DNA from: Chara braunii
Lineage: Eukaryota; Plantae; Charophyceae
Direction of reading: 5' to 3'
Length of the DNA: 64,000 bases
Assembly (NCBI GenBank): GCA_003427395.1
Contig: BFEA01000008.1
Span: 7,729,112-7,793,111, forward strand
The translations under genes were made by a program, and so were the position numbers. The stretch's first letter is position 1, and the number at the start of each line of letters is the position of its first letter. Shown here piece after piece: positions 50,696 to 63,945 of this stretch. The notes under the pieces were generated by a model. The model made no database searches. It saw only the letters and a program-made list of their open reading frames with translations, and was not told where the DNA came from.

Positions 50696-53198
50696 CAATA
50701 CCTAACCCAGGTGTGGGCATACTGGAGGGAACATCGCCATCAGCTGCCATTCCCAGTGGTATGGTTTAACAATGGCCTGTTTTATTTGGCCAGAAAATGT
50801 GGTGAGTTTTCCAAGCAACTAGCTAGACAACGATACCAGCAGGAAATTGATCTAATGACTCAACTTCAAGAGCTAGAACAGCAGCACAACCCGCAGATGG
50901 CGGAACAACACACACAGACCATCACCGAGGTAAGAGAAAAGCTTCTCCATTTAGCACAATATCGCTGGCAAGGCGCCAGGATCAAAGGTAAGTTGTCTAA
51001 GCACTCCACTGAAGGTACAATGGACACCCACTTTTTTGGCATTGCCCATGCCAGGACCAAACGTACGGTGATGGAGGCCCTGTATGACCCCGCACAGCCC
51101 GAGGGGTTTCCCATCCTTACTACAGCAAGCTGCATGAAGATAGCCCGCGATTTTTTCAAAGGCCTTTTTGCATCCCACATCCCCCCAACAGACGAGGGCG
51201 CTAGGCTGCGACAGATTGCGGAGTTTCTCCTCCCAATGACTAGAACCCTCTCGCTTGAACAAAGAAACTGCCTCGAGCCCCCCCTCACTAAAGACGAAAT
51301 ATGGACCGCCCTGCTGCAGATGGATGAGGAGAAAACCCCGAGACTGGATGGTCTCCCCAAGGAATTTTGGGAAGAAATGTGGGACTGATTGAGCCCAGAC
51401 CTCATGGACTATTATGACGAGGTATGGCGAACGGGCTTTATGGGAGAACTAGTGGGGCAAGGGGTGTTGTCCCTCCTGTATAAGAAAGGGGACAAACTCA
51501 ACATTCGAAACTACTGCCCAATCACCCTCTTGACCGTCACATATAAGATGCTGGTGAAGGCGCTGGGAAACTGGATGATCACGGTCTTAGAAGGGGTAAT
51601 CCACCCGACACAGACCGGGTTCATGCAACATAAGCAGATTCAGGAAAATATTCTCCTTGTCCATGAATTAGTGCAACTCACCCGCCAATCCAAACAGAAT
51701 GCAGCCTTCATTTTTATAGACTTTGAAAAGGCATACGACCACGTGGACTGGTTATTCCTGGACAAGTGCAACCTCAATTCCATAAGAGAGATCGGTGCAG
51801 CAAGGTGACCCCATTGCACCCTTTTTCTTCCTGGTCATCATGGAAGCACTGCCCGCAAACCTGCGAGCTAATAGGGATATTACTAGAATACGAATATCTC
51901 GCATCCAGGAAGAGGCTGTTCCGGTGTGTTCCTTATTTGCGGACGATCTGACTGTAATGATCGACGCAACGAAGGAAAATATGAAAGGAAGTTAAGTGAC
52001 TAATGAACGCATTTGCAAGCGTCTCGGATATGGTGGTTAACTGGGGCAGCAAGACCCAAGGGTGGTGGATCCACTTTCAAGGGGGAAGACCCCGTGATGA
52101 GCCCAATATGCATTGCCCCAATCCAGATCCTTGGAATCTCAATGTCTGTCCAAGGAGGCCTTCCATCGAATGACAACTGGATCAGCGCACCGGCCCTCGC
52201 CAAACTAACCAGTTGGCGGCGCAAGCACACGTCCATCTTTGGCAGAGCTCTCTTCATCAACCATGCGGTATTTGCCACAATGTGGTATAAATCGGTGCTC
52301 TGGCCACTGAGTAAGACTGCTCTGCATGCTCTGCAGACCCTGAGATCCAAGATTGCAGCCTTTTTATGAAAGGGAGATGATGAACGGACAAACGTGATCA
52401 GTCGGGTAGCATGGGAGTCAGTAATTCAACCCAAACAGGGGGGAGGCCTGGGCATTATAGACCCGCAGACCCAAGTACAAGCACTCCGCCTCTAGTGGGT
52501 TAAGAAGCTAATCCTCTCCCCTTCTTCCCCCTGGCAGGCCCTGGCTCTAGAGCATGTAGGCCGACTAGCACCCCCGACCACCCAAGGGGTGCACCCTCTT
52601 ACGTGGTTGGAGGACCATTATTGGTCGATACCTCAGAAGATTCTGGGCCAAACGGTGGATAGCTTATGGCCATCCCTCTTAAAAAGTTGGCGACAACTTC
52701 CACCCCCGGACAGACCTGCCCTTGACCGATGGGCATAAGTCTTTCGTCGGCCACTCTTCGGGAACCAGTAGATCACACCCCATCAGGGACAGGTTCTGTG
52801 CAGCTTAGCGGCATCATGGAAAGGATGGGTTAAACAATGGGTGCTTCGGGTAGGACAACTATGAGACCAACAAAGAAAAGACTGGAAGACGTCTGCCCAA
52901 CTACGTGATACTCTCCGATACTGCCACCATATTGACCAACACCTGGACATGATTATCGAGTTTATCCGCTGACCTGGTATAGGCTACTCAGGCTTCAGTC
53001 AATCCTCTGGATTCCAGAGTAATCAATGCAGGCAGGCACCTCTCAAGATTCTTGTTCCGATAACATCCAAGGTCATTCTGTAAATAGGACGCTGCACCCG
53101 CTTGCCAACAGGTGATGCTCCCCACCAATAGATGGAGCCTCTCCACAGGTGCCAACAATGTCTGCTCTTACCAGCACCACTAACACTGAAGGGGGTGT

Positions 53199-53230
<32 letters not shown>
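50696..53230 (+). mobile_element. 5'-truncated L1/Tx1-like LINE inserted in the gypsy 3' LTR
   Basis: PKEFWEEMW, LYKKGDK, FIDFEKAYDHVDW, QQGDPIAPFFF, LFADDL, GGLGI; 3' motif at 53087-53138; poly(A) at 53203-53230. Confidence 0.92.
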
Positions 53231-53231
<1 letters not shown>

Positions 53232-53361
53232 ATTCAGGTAAACCCTCACACTCCCCCCTCCTTTACTTCGATAGTCCTCTGAGAAGTCCTTACACAGCAG
53301 GCTGCTTCCGTTTCAAGTTTCTTTCGTAACTTGAGATAATCTGAGGAGCAGTGTTCATTAA

Positions 53362-54350
53362 TTATTCTCTTGTAAACCACCGATCTTCTTTAGGCTCTGT
53401 ACGATGCCGGGACCACACTCGATATTGCATCTGCGGTTTCGGAGGGCGTCCCCTGCCTGGAGGGTTGGGCACATGCATCAGCTTGTGCTCGACGATATCG
53501 TGAATGTCCACACGTCTGTCCATGGTTGGGGGCAACATCGATCTTCTTGAGGGAAACTCTTTAGTTTCAGCGAACGGTGCCAACTTAAATGCATGGAAAA
53601 CGGAGAGTGTACTGAGATGACCAAGAATGCGAATAACATATGATGGACCATCGGGTTGATCTCCTACTATGTCCAAAATTTCCCAAGGTCCAAAGTATTG
53701 TGGCATCAGTTTGCATGAGATTCCCAACTCGTGTCCCAACTCATATAACTTTACCCAGACTTGTTCACCTACCTGAAATGCATATAGTCGTCTGTGTCTA
53801 TTCTCGGATGCAACCATGACATCTTGAGCTTTCTTGATGTGCTCTACGGCCTGCTGCAGCATCTGTTCGTACTTGACAACAAACTCTATGCTACCAGGCA
53901 CTGCGGTTGGCTGATTTTCAGGCAACAGGAAGTCAAGAGCAGATCTGGGCTTCCAACCAAGATGCAGCTGGTTGGGGGTCTTACCGATAGTGTTGTGCAC
54001 AACATTGTTGTACAGGCTAGCGATGAGAGGTAACTTCTCATCCCAGTCATCTTGACTTGGCTTAATATAATGCCAAAGTAAGTGCTGCACTACCCGGTTC
54101 ATCTGCTCGGCCTGCCCATTTGACTCAGGGTGGTTCCCTCTATCATTTGTAGTCGGGTGCCCATCTGTTGGGCTGTACTTTGCCACAATTCGCTAGCGAA
54201 TTTGACATCCCTTGCTCACAATAGACTTAGGGAGACCGAAATCATGTACCCAATTTTCCATGAACAACTTGATGACATGCTCAGTCCTAGTTGGCTCAGG
54301 CATAGCGATTAGTCTAGCATACTTAGTGAATCTGTCCACAATGACCAAGA
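53362..54350 (-). pseudogene. Gypsy integrase with C-terminal chromodomain-like region; N-terminal part deleted
   Basis: ILVIVDRFTKY, HPESNGQAEQMN, KLMPQYFGPWEI, VFH..L.P, I..IV.H..QYRV..RWFTRE. Confidence 0.85.
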
Positions 54351-54487
54351 TGTGACGTTTATTCCCAGCCTTCTCAAGCCGGCAACCAGCACAAACTCAT
54401 CGGAAGTAGCCTTGTCTTTAGCTTCTAGTTTGCGGATGATCTCAGACATGATAGTGTCCGCTGGATAGGCTCACACCATATATCGAG

Positions 54488-55827
54488 TTACATCATAAAA
54501 ATCCCAAACTCAGTCACTAGCGCGCCCAAATAGTCTGCCCTGCGCGATAGGGCATCAACCACTTTATTGTACTCTTTCTTCAGAGGATCGAGCTTGAAGT
54601 CATACATATCTACGACTTCAATCCACCTCTTGAGTGTGTCGGAGAGCACAGGCTGTGTATTAATCCAGCGTAGAGTTTCATGGTCAAATCTCACATAAAA
54701 GAATCTCCCGAGGAGGCGTGCCTCCAATGGACCAGCGCGCTATAGAGCGTATAGAGCTCGCGCTCATACGTGGACTTAGCTAATTTTTGAGATGGTTTCT
54801 TTTTGCTCATGTCCTCGATCGGCCTCAACTTTCCCCCCTCCTTTTGCGCAAGGACCGTGCCTATGTCGTGCTGGCTGGCGTATATGATCACAACAAGGGT
54901 TGTTCAGGATCCGGAAGTTTGAGGACTTCATAGTGTGTTAGGGCGTACTTCAATCTCTTGAAGGACGCCTCACACTCTTCAGTCCACTCCCAGGGTATCA
55001 AGGTGTGTGAAGTCAGTTAAAGGGAAGACTACAATACTATAATTCTTGACAAACGGGCTGGAGTAGCCTGTCATCCCCAAGAATGACCTCACGTCAGTCA
55101 CAGACTGAGGTCTGGGCCAATCACGTATGCTGGCCACTTTGGCATCATCCGGCCTCAATCCATCCTTGAAAATCTCACGACCTAGATACAAGATCTTGGT
55201 GCGACCAAATCCACATTTCTCCAAGTTAACCTTGTACTGGTGTCGTCTTAGGAGCCCTAGCATTGTTTTCACGTGCTCCTCTATAGTCCTACTCAAGATA
55301 AGGATATCGTCGAGGTACACAACGATAAACTTGTCTAAGTAGTCATGAACGATCCGGTTCATTGCGTGTTGGAATGTCCCAGGAGCATTGCATAGGCCAA
55401 AGGGCATCACCACAAACTCGTACAGACCGTACCAGGTCTGAAAGGCGGTTTTGTGCTTCAAATCTATCTTAGTGAAGTATTGGCATCCTTGCAATGTACC
55501 CAAGAGGTCGTCAATGCGTGGTAGGCGCTCCGCGTTCTTAACGGTGATGGCATTGAGGCCCCTATAGTCAATGCACATCCTTAGTGTCCCCCTTTTCTTT
55601 GGGACAAATAAAACTGGCGCTCCGTAGGGGGACGTACTTGACCGAATCCAACCCTTCTCTGTTAGCTCCTTGAGTTGGAGACGGAACTCCGCAAGAGACA
55701 TCCTATAGATCTGCCCTCTAGGTACTTTGCTACCAGGGACGAATTCTATCACGCGGACAATCTCCCTTTCAACCACACCCCTAGGCTCCTCAAAGAGGTC
55801 TGAATATTGTGCAAAGACTGCTTCCAT
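54488..55827 (-). pseudogene. Gypsy reverse transcriptase and RNase H
   Basis: SPYGAPVLFVPKK, MCIDYRGLN, VMPFGLCNAPGTFQ, VYLDDILI, RSFLG, YERELY, DHETL; frameshifted. Confidence 0.92.
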
Positions 55828-55857
55828 CTTTGTGGGTGATTTTATGACCTCCCCTTT

Positions 55858-56520
55858 CTAAGAGACAAAAACTAGATACATACCTTCCTTGCGATTATGC
55901 TTGTAATAGTTATAGAAAAACGATGCACACATGCAACCATAATTCTCCACTAGTCTGCTAACCTTAAACTTTTGCAGCCTAACGCTCCTTCCATTTGGCA
56001 ACTTGTGGATCATCACCTTCCTATCCCAATCGAACTGAGGCTTAGCATACTCGAGGTCGTATATTCCTAGCAGCATGTCGAATGGCAGCTCGTCGCTAAC
56101 TAGGAACGAGATCTTGTGTCTCAGTTCCCCTCCTCCATAGGAGAAGGTGCAGACTACGTCCTTGACATAGTCTCTGACTATCATGATCGAGTGCTTGTTG
56201 GCTAAGGTTGATGCTACAAATTTGCTAAGCCGCTGCACTTGGTCCCCTAAGCGCAACATATCCACATAAGCACGACTGATGAAATTCCGTGTAGAACTTA
56301 TGTTTGCGAAGGCACCAACCTTTGCACGACTGATGAAATTCCGTGTAGAACTTATGTTTGCGAAGGCACCAACCTTTCGCCCACCCACATCGAGTTCTAC
56401 CACGAAATGTTCACCCTTTGGAGCTTTGTTCAACATCGCCCAAGAGTCTCTAGGATCTTTCTCTAACCATTTTGTCTCTAACTCCTCTGAGAACTCAAAC
56501 ACATCCATCGAACAGAGCAT
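55858..56520 (-). pseudogene. Gypsy aspartic protease, degenerate
   Basis: AFANISSTRNFIS (decayed D-x-G-S/A-T motif) and DMLLG; position between gag and RT. Confidence 0.7.
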
Positions 56521-56633
56521 CTATTGGTCCGGATCTATCTGCGGGGCGATCATGGGGTCAATAGCCTTGGCCATCGTCTGAAATGGAGAAGGTAAAGTAA
56601 CCACTTTAGCACGAGTAAGAGCGGCTAACACTC

Positions 56634-58430
56634 CTATTGGCCCGAGGTGTTTCCCTGGGAGGTGCTCACAAAAGCATTACCAGAGTTGGGAGATCCAACC
56701 GTCATTATTGAGGACGCGACTTTCGTAGCGAGCTGCTTACTCTTGCACTTGCTCATTGTGTGTGCATACCGACCACAATTGAGACAAGCACCTCGTGCAA
56801 TACGGTCTCGCCACACCTCGTACTCCAAACCAAGCTTCACCCATATGGGTGGTGCTTGGTCATTTTGACCCTTGGGCCGACCTACCTTCTGTTTTCCGGA
56901 CCCCTTACCCTTTTCTCTAATGGGGGCGGCTACTCCACCATTTGAGGTATTCCCACTCCCATCTATCTTTGTTTCTTCCCCAAGATTAGAGAAGTTGTGA
57001 ATCTCAGTTGATTGGTCGTCCTGGTCAACAAACATAAGATTGCCCTTCTTCTTCCAATCCTGAGGGAATTTCTTCTTCCTCCCATCTATTGGTGCCTGTT
57101 GGGCACTCCCAAGCCTAGCCTCTATATCTAAGGCCTTGTTGTTGGACGAAGCAAAATCATGTACATCGATGGAGGACATCGACCAACTTATTTTTGACGT
57201 TTGTAGGCAGACATCGCAAGTAAGTTGTCAAGAGAACCTGCGGTTCGTACCGCACGCCAGGGACAACGATCAGTCGCTCTACGACGTTTGTAACCTCGTG
57301 AGCTGTCTGGTATCTCTTCGATCCCAAACTAGCCAGCGAGTTTGTGGCCTTCCGAGCCCCTTGGGGATCATGCCACCTGCTGTTGACTAACCGTACAAAC
57401 TCCTCACACGATCTGGCCTGTGCCCAACCATCGAAATTCTCACCGTAGCCCTGCTACTGTAGTAACCCATTCAATCACCTAGCTGCAAATCCTTCTAGAA
57501 AGGATGCAACGACTATGACTTCCTCCTCTGTCCTGGTAAGCTTATGCCTCACATACCTAGGCACAATCCTCACCCAGGTATCCAGGTCCTTGTCCTTTTT
57601 TCTGTCGCCAGAGAAGGGTTTAGGACTCAACAAGGGTAAGTTGGGTGTCCAATGCATAGGTTGTACAACACCCTGTTGCAAGGGCTGCTGCACTTGTGGC
57701 TGCCCTGTAGCGGCAATCACTGAATGGGGGAATGGAGAAGGCTGTACATGAATCTGCCCACTACTACCTACTATTACTCCGCCTGGTGGGGGTATGCCAA
57801 ATTGTGAGGCAAAGGGCTGCCCTGTTGGCGAAAGCGTCATCACAGGACCTGCAACCGTAAGGGGGGCTACAACAAATTGTGGTTGCCTGACCAGAGGTCG
57901 AGGCGCCCGCAATGCCGTCAAAATCTGGTTCTAACCAGCTATCAGTGCAGCCAACATCTCTTGCTGTACGACTTGCACTTCGGCTACACTCAGCAAGGAG
58001 TTCCGAAGGGACAGAACCACACGATCAAGTGTCGACTCATCTCTAGCTTCTAGTTTGCCTAGCTCCTCTACCCTTTACTCTAGCCCGACTTTTCTAAGTC
58101 TAGCTCTTTCTCTTCTCTCCTCCACATCTTGCAACTGGAGCTGTAACTCATTGCGGAGAGCGTCCGCTTCTTGGATCTGATAATCCTCTGCTGACAGTTG
58201 GTGCTGCTGGCTGACCTGCAAGCCAACAAACTGGTAGCGGAAGTTCCAGAAGTACCCGAACTTGTAATTGACGAAGTGGCCTGTGAAGAGGCCTGTCACA
58301 TAGAAGAGACAATAGCCTTGGCTGCCTCTGATGTGGCTCTAGCTTCTACTGTTGTGGCTGGTGCAAGTGCCCTCTCAACGTTGGCTGCTGCTTCCCTAGC
58401 CCTCGCAATATGCCCTTCTCCCTAGCTTCT
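56634..58430 (-). pseudogene. Gypsy gag
   Basis: PKPFSGD..LDTWV, ASFLEG.AAR; CCHC knuckle CLNCGRYAHTMSKC. Confidence 0.8.
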
Positions 58431-59737
58431 CTCCTCAGTCTCCTTCCTCTCCTGACTGTAACAACAAGAAAGTGATCGGCCGCCTGAGTGCACGTCTACG
58501 GGTAAGTCTCCTATCTCCCTGGTCTAGTTCCTCAACCTCGCCGTCTTCTCCACTCATGGGCTATGCGTGGCATGCAGTCTACACTAGGGACCTACCGCAA
58601 CATGGCATCCAACTGATTACAATAAAATAAAAATAACAGTTCGGTCCAGTTGTGTTAGAAAATAGCGAAGCGGTAACACCAGATAATCTCAGATTCCTAC
58701 AAACAACTCTATTCCTACTTTTGACTAGTTTGAAACAGATTGCAATGCAGCCAAGAATATTAACTACTCTATCTACAGCTGTCTGATTGTTGTTAGCGAC
58801 GTCCGTCACAACTAACTAATCAAAAATAAAAATAAATCATTTGCTGGTGTGCGAGCAGAATGGAATTTATACAATAATGTAACAATCGAGCAGTTACTAG
58901 AATCGTCCCTCCCCCTGTGTCCCTCTTGAGTGGTCACTTAGTGTCAACGTCCTGAAGCTCTGGTTCAATGGCGTGTTTGAAGGTGTGCAATCGGCCCACC
59001 CCTGTGCCCCAAGTCTATGCAGAACTGGCCAGCCCCGACCGAACTATTTTTATACTCGTGTACAACACGAGTTGTGTATCACCGCCAGAGTCTATTTATA
59101 GATGGTCCGATACTTGTCTCTCCCTCATAAGGATGGCCTGCCCGACAAGACCTCTATAGCGCAGCAAGCAGACCAAAAGACAAACGGCAAAGCATGCGTG
59201 TACCAGTCCCTGCGGGTGGGCATGGTGACCGTGACCCGGGTGCTTCGTCCAGGGCCCTGCAGAGGCAACACCCGTCTCCCACCAGCTTGCTCACCAGGAA
59301 GAATGTCGACTCTCAAGGTTGAGTGCTCGCGACACCTCACAATGCGATGACTCTCAAGACAGAACTCACTTCCTCACGGTAAGAAGCAATGAAGAGGGTA
59401 GATAAGGTAAGGAGCAATGCACCTCATAGTGCTGCCCCCAACCACAAATTTCTCACCGGTAACTTGACGTGCATTTATGATGACCGGTCGATGCCTCGAC
59501 ATAACCCACAATACAATGCAGTTACACCTCGACTTAAATGCCACATCAGCAAGTTCTCATCATCCAGCGTGCACCCCTATATGTCACCACATAGCCTTCT
59601 TGGCGCGCCCACATGACCCTGGGCCGACTTCTCACCAACGCACAAGCGTTATCACTGGCCCACCATGACTAGTGAAACACTAAACAGCTATTGCGATGGA
59701 GCCAGTGGAGCGGCACAAACCACCTTCGATACCAAAT

Positions 59738-60765
59738 TGCAAGGAAAAAGAGATATAGCGAAATGACAGAAATCCAGAATGCAAAATCACATTGAAAGCC
59801 AACAAGTCCAACGCTGTCCAGAAAGCAGAAATGCACTGATATTTTAACAATGGACAACCGGAGCACCGAATCCGAATGTCAATGAGAGCATACACTCACC
59901 ACCACCAAAATATGTATCCAGAGTCCTTCCTCCTACTTGGCGCTCAACGCCCAGACTACGATTGCACAGCTTACTAGCAGCCTACAAATTGACAATGCAT
60001 CCAGTTGACATCAGCAGCAAAACCAGAGTACATGAAGATGTCGACCCTTGTAGACCATCACCAAGACTAGGTACGTGCCCTCACATGATCAACCTCGTCT
60101 CTCGCTCTCTCTCATCCTCGACTTTCTCACCCACGTCTTCTCCCTCATACATGAAGACCACCGCCAACTCCCGCTGACTGTCCAAGCCGTGCCCGACTAT
60201 GGTCGGGCTGGCTATGGCGCTCTCCTCAGCAGCGCCCTGCCTCTCTTCGACGCCCGCATGTGCCTGTCTTGCACCTAGCGCTAGCGCACAACGCACAGCC
60301 CGCGAGAGCACGCTCAAACAGCACTGCCGCATGCACTACATAGTGCCCACCCCCCCATACGGAGCCCGACCCTTCCTATACGGAAAGTGGCGGACGCTTT
60401 CCCTTGTTTGCTACGTGTGACCGAGTTTGCAGTAGCTTCACTCTGGGCCAAAGTGTCTGTGCCCAGGCCCGTTCAGACAGTGGCCTCGGACCGAATTGGT
60501 TAGGCATGCCCAACCACCCAGGCACAAACATGCGGTGCTTCGTGCTTCGACCACATTGCTGAAAGAATCTGGAAAGCTCACAAATATTTTGGATCCTCAC
60601 GAGCAACGGGGATGTAACCCACTGACGTGTGGCAACTGTCTGCCGCCCACCAAGATTTGCAAAAATTGACGAACTCAGGGCACATTGAGATTCAGGGGGG
60701 CCGCCTTCACTTAGGGCGGGCACGCGCTTGCTGCAGGGCCTTACACCGAGGGGTAAACCCTCGCA
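59738..60765 (-). repeat. 5' LTR of the gypsy element
   Basis: TG..CA ends, repeat of the left LTR, adjacent PBS at 59718-59734. Confidence 0.9.
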
Positions 60766-62086
60766 CCTTTTTTTTTTACACACCTTTTTTTTTTCTTTTT
60801 ATTTTTTTCCCCGTTTTTTCCCCCATGCCCATGGCTGGGCCACGGCCGAGATGTCTAGGCCACACCCGTGGCTGGGCAACGGCCGAGATGTCTAGGCCAC
60901 GCCCGTGGCTGGGCCACGGCAAAAACGGGTCTCCGCGAGTCGTTTTCCAACCCCGCCCCTCAGCGAGTTGTTTTCCAACCCGCCTCCATGATAAAAAAAA
61001 AAGGAAGGTCGGTACCGGTACCTGCTCTAGCCCCAGCCCTCGAGAAAACGACCTGTAGCGGTACTGGTACCTCCCATTTATGCCAACTGTTGAACTGGCA
61101 GGCTGTCGGAAGCATGGTTTTTTGTTTTTTTTGCAGTTTGTAACTGCTCTTCGCCCGGACTTGCAGTTATTTCCGCAAACTCGGAACTCTACACCGGTCA
61201 CACGTGCAGTTGTCTCAAAATATCTGATGCATCCTCACATCCTTGAAACCCAAGGGCCGAGGGGCCCATTGCCACCCTTCTCAAGTTGTACTTGGGAGGG
61301 TGTTTTGAACTGTTTTCTAAGACTGTGACCTCGAAGGGTAGTCGCAAGGATTGCATGGGGGGGGGGGGGAAACCGACTTGGGAAGAACTGATCACATTTC
61401 ATCTGTAGGTCTGTCCGCGAGTTTGAAGAATTCCCAAGGTGTGGTGAACGAGAGACCCTGATCATCTCTAGGTCTGTCCTTGAGTTTCAAGAATTCCCAA
61501 GGTGTGGTGAATGGGGCACTGATACTTCATCAGTCATCACTCCGGCAATTTTTTCACAATATCATGTCCATCTATTAGCAATCTCTTTAATATGCACTAC
61601 TACTCTTTTTTTTTTTTTTTTGGCTCCTTATCCATTCTGGGGAGCGTCAGTCCGGTCCCTTTTCCACCGGCAAGTCAGAAGAAGTTACCCACCTGCATTA
61701 GCAATGATTTTTGGATGGCCCCTTCTTCAGAGGGCCCTTAGTTGAGTGAGTCTGACATCCATCAGCACATTTCCCAGCCATTTTTCAACAATGCAGCTGT
61801 GCACACGCTGTGCTCTTCAGAGGTCGGCCTACCGGGGCAAAATGGCCGGCCGCACCAGCGAAACGAAGGCCCGAACCGGCTCATTCTTTTTTGGTGCGCA
61901 GGGCGTTTCCAGGATCGGCAAGCGAAGGGTCGAAAGTACTGGCGGCTTAACCGGTGGCCTACAAGATGGAGGGGAGGAGGGGGTTGCGGGGCCACCACAT
62001 TCACTGGGAAGTTTCAGGTGCCCAGAAGCTCTTCCTTCTCTTTTTTCTTTGTTAAACCACAAGTTTCTCCGCTCCTCTTCTTGCTG

Positions 62087-62169
<83 letters not shown>

Positions 62170-62196
62170 GTGCGTGTGTGCGTGTGTGTGTGTGTG

Positions 62197-62243
<47 letters not shown>

Positions 62244-63803
62244 NNNNNNNNNNNNNNNNNNNNNNNNNNNNNNNNNNNNNNNNNNNNNNNNNNNNNNNNN
62301 NNNNNNNNNNNNNCCAACATATTAAAGCAATTTTATAATTAGACAGTTTTTTGGTTCTCCTTGGGGTACCCCTTTCATTGTTCTTGCAGCTCCCCTTTTA
62401 CTGTGCCTCTTACGCACAAGGCTGCCCACGTTGATTGTGGTTGAGCGGCAGCTGCCCACATCCCCGTGTGCTTTCACGGCCCACTTGCATGTTATTTCAG
62501 GAGGCAGAGTAAAAGGGAAGGTATGCTCCTGTGCATCTCTTCAGAGCTTCATACTCCTGTTCATTTCACTTCAGATCTTCAGCTTATACAGTCTTTGTGT
62601 CCGTCCTTCATCTTCATACTCTGTGTGTGTGTGTGTCTCTCTCTCTGTCTCTGTCTCTGTCTCTGTCTGTGTCTCTGATACCTGATTTGTGAAAGGTACT
62701 GCCTTGAACTCCAGGAGATAAGTTAGTGGTGTCCAGATGCAGCTGGCACAGTCTCCCAGCTATGGCGCTCAGGTAGTGCTCCTCGGCCCAATGCCGCTGC
62801 AGAGCTTCCACTCTCGCCTCAAGTCTCCTCCTAGATCCTCTAAACACAGCGCTAACTTCTATACGCTCATACTTGTTCCAGCGCTGCCCTCCAAGAAAAC
62901 AGCCTGGTGTCAAACTGGTCTGAACTCTGTGTCCCAAACTGAGTGCTGGCTCAGCTAGGCCTACTGGATGTGCCTCCGGCCTGCATCTAGGGCTGTACGA
63001 TGTAACCCACCATCGATAGTCCTAGATGCTGGCCCAAGTCCTGGTCTAGTCACCTGGGCCTAAAAATGGCCAGTGTCGGTCCCTACCAAGACATCCAGGC
63101 ATCCCTGCTGATGCAGCAGGGGTTCTCCCAAGAGGACAAGGGCTGGACTGTCGCTACAGGTCATATCTTGTCCTGCCCAGATATGGACAAAAGTCTACAG
63201 GCCCTCAAAACGGCCAGAATGTGGAGAACCAGCAGTCCACTGGTCCGAACAGGCACTGGTGCCTGATCAGACATCATGACGATCGAAACAACACTTTTTT
63301 TTTTTTTTTTTTTGAAACGACACATTCCAGACCGAAGAAATCCATGAATAGACCAAATATTCTCCTAATCCAAACAAACTCAGAACGGAAAAAAATTCCT
63401 AAAAGAAAGGGATAATTTGTGAAATACCCATATAAGTTGAGATGTATGCCGAAATGCCATCGGGAAGCTTACCACGACAATGAATGACGGGGCAAAACGC
63501 AAAGATGACCTGAGCCGGTAGGGGTAAATAGAAAATAAATAGGGCCAGGGAAAAGTTGGCAAGCACGCACACATTTCGCAACGATGGACAGTACCCGGTA
63601 GGGGTATTTTGCAAAGATGGAGGGTCCAACCGATGCCAGGGGCATTTCGCAAAACATTTTTTTGTGCCAGAGGGGTATTCCGCTCTACACATCCTTTAGG
63701 GGCATTTTGGCATATATCTCAACTTACATGGTTATTTCGCAAATTATCCCTAAAAGAAATGAAGAACACAAAAAACAACGAAGGAAAAGGACAGAAGCAC
63801 CAA

Positions 63804-63866
63804 GGAGCCTTGCTCAGTTGGTACACCCATGAACTGCTGAATCACAGTCCTGAGTTCAAATCCTGA
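63804..63866 (+). other. Decayed tRNA-derived sequence
   Basis: A-box-like TTGCTCAGTTGG and B-box-like GAGTTCAAATCC at tRNA spacing. Confidence 0.4.
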
Positions 63867-63945
63867 TAAAACCTAGATCGACACAACGAAATAATACCTG
63901 GGGCCGGTCAACTCGATGGCGATATCTCAAGACCAACACCCTTAA

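Larger units (their letters stand above)
49726..60765 (-). mobile_element. Ty3/gypsy (chromovirus-like) LTR retrotransposon with both LTRs, decayed
   Basis: TG..CA LTRs at 59738-60765 and 49726-50695+53231-53250; flanked by CCTT on both sides; PBS TGGTATC(GAAGG) next to the 5' LTR; PPT at 53251-53264; domain order gag-PR-RT-RH-IN. Confidence 0.92.

Noticed and set aside
50432-51388. 318-aa ORF as a novel fusion gene
   Set aside because: Chance read-through from antisense LTR sequence into the truncated LINE ORF2
56270-56377. Exact 54-bp in-frame duplication of the protease motif region
   Set aside because: The catalytic motif is already degenerate; local slippage or assembly artefact
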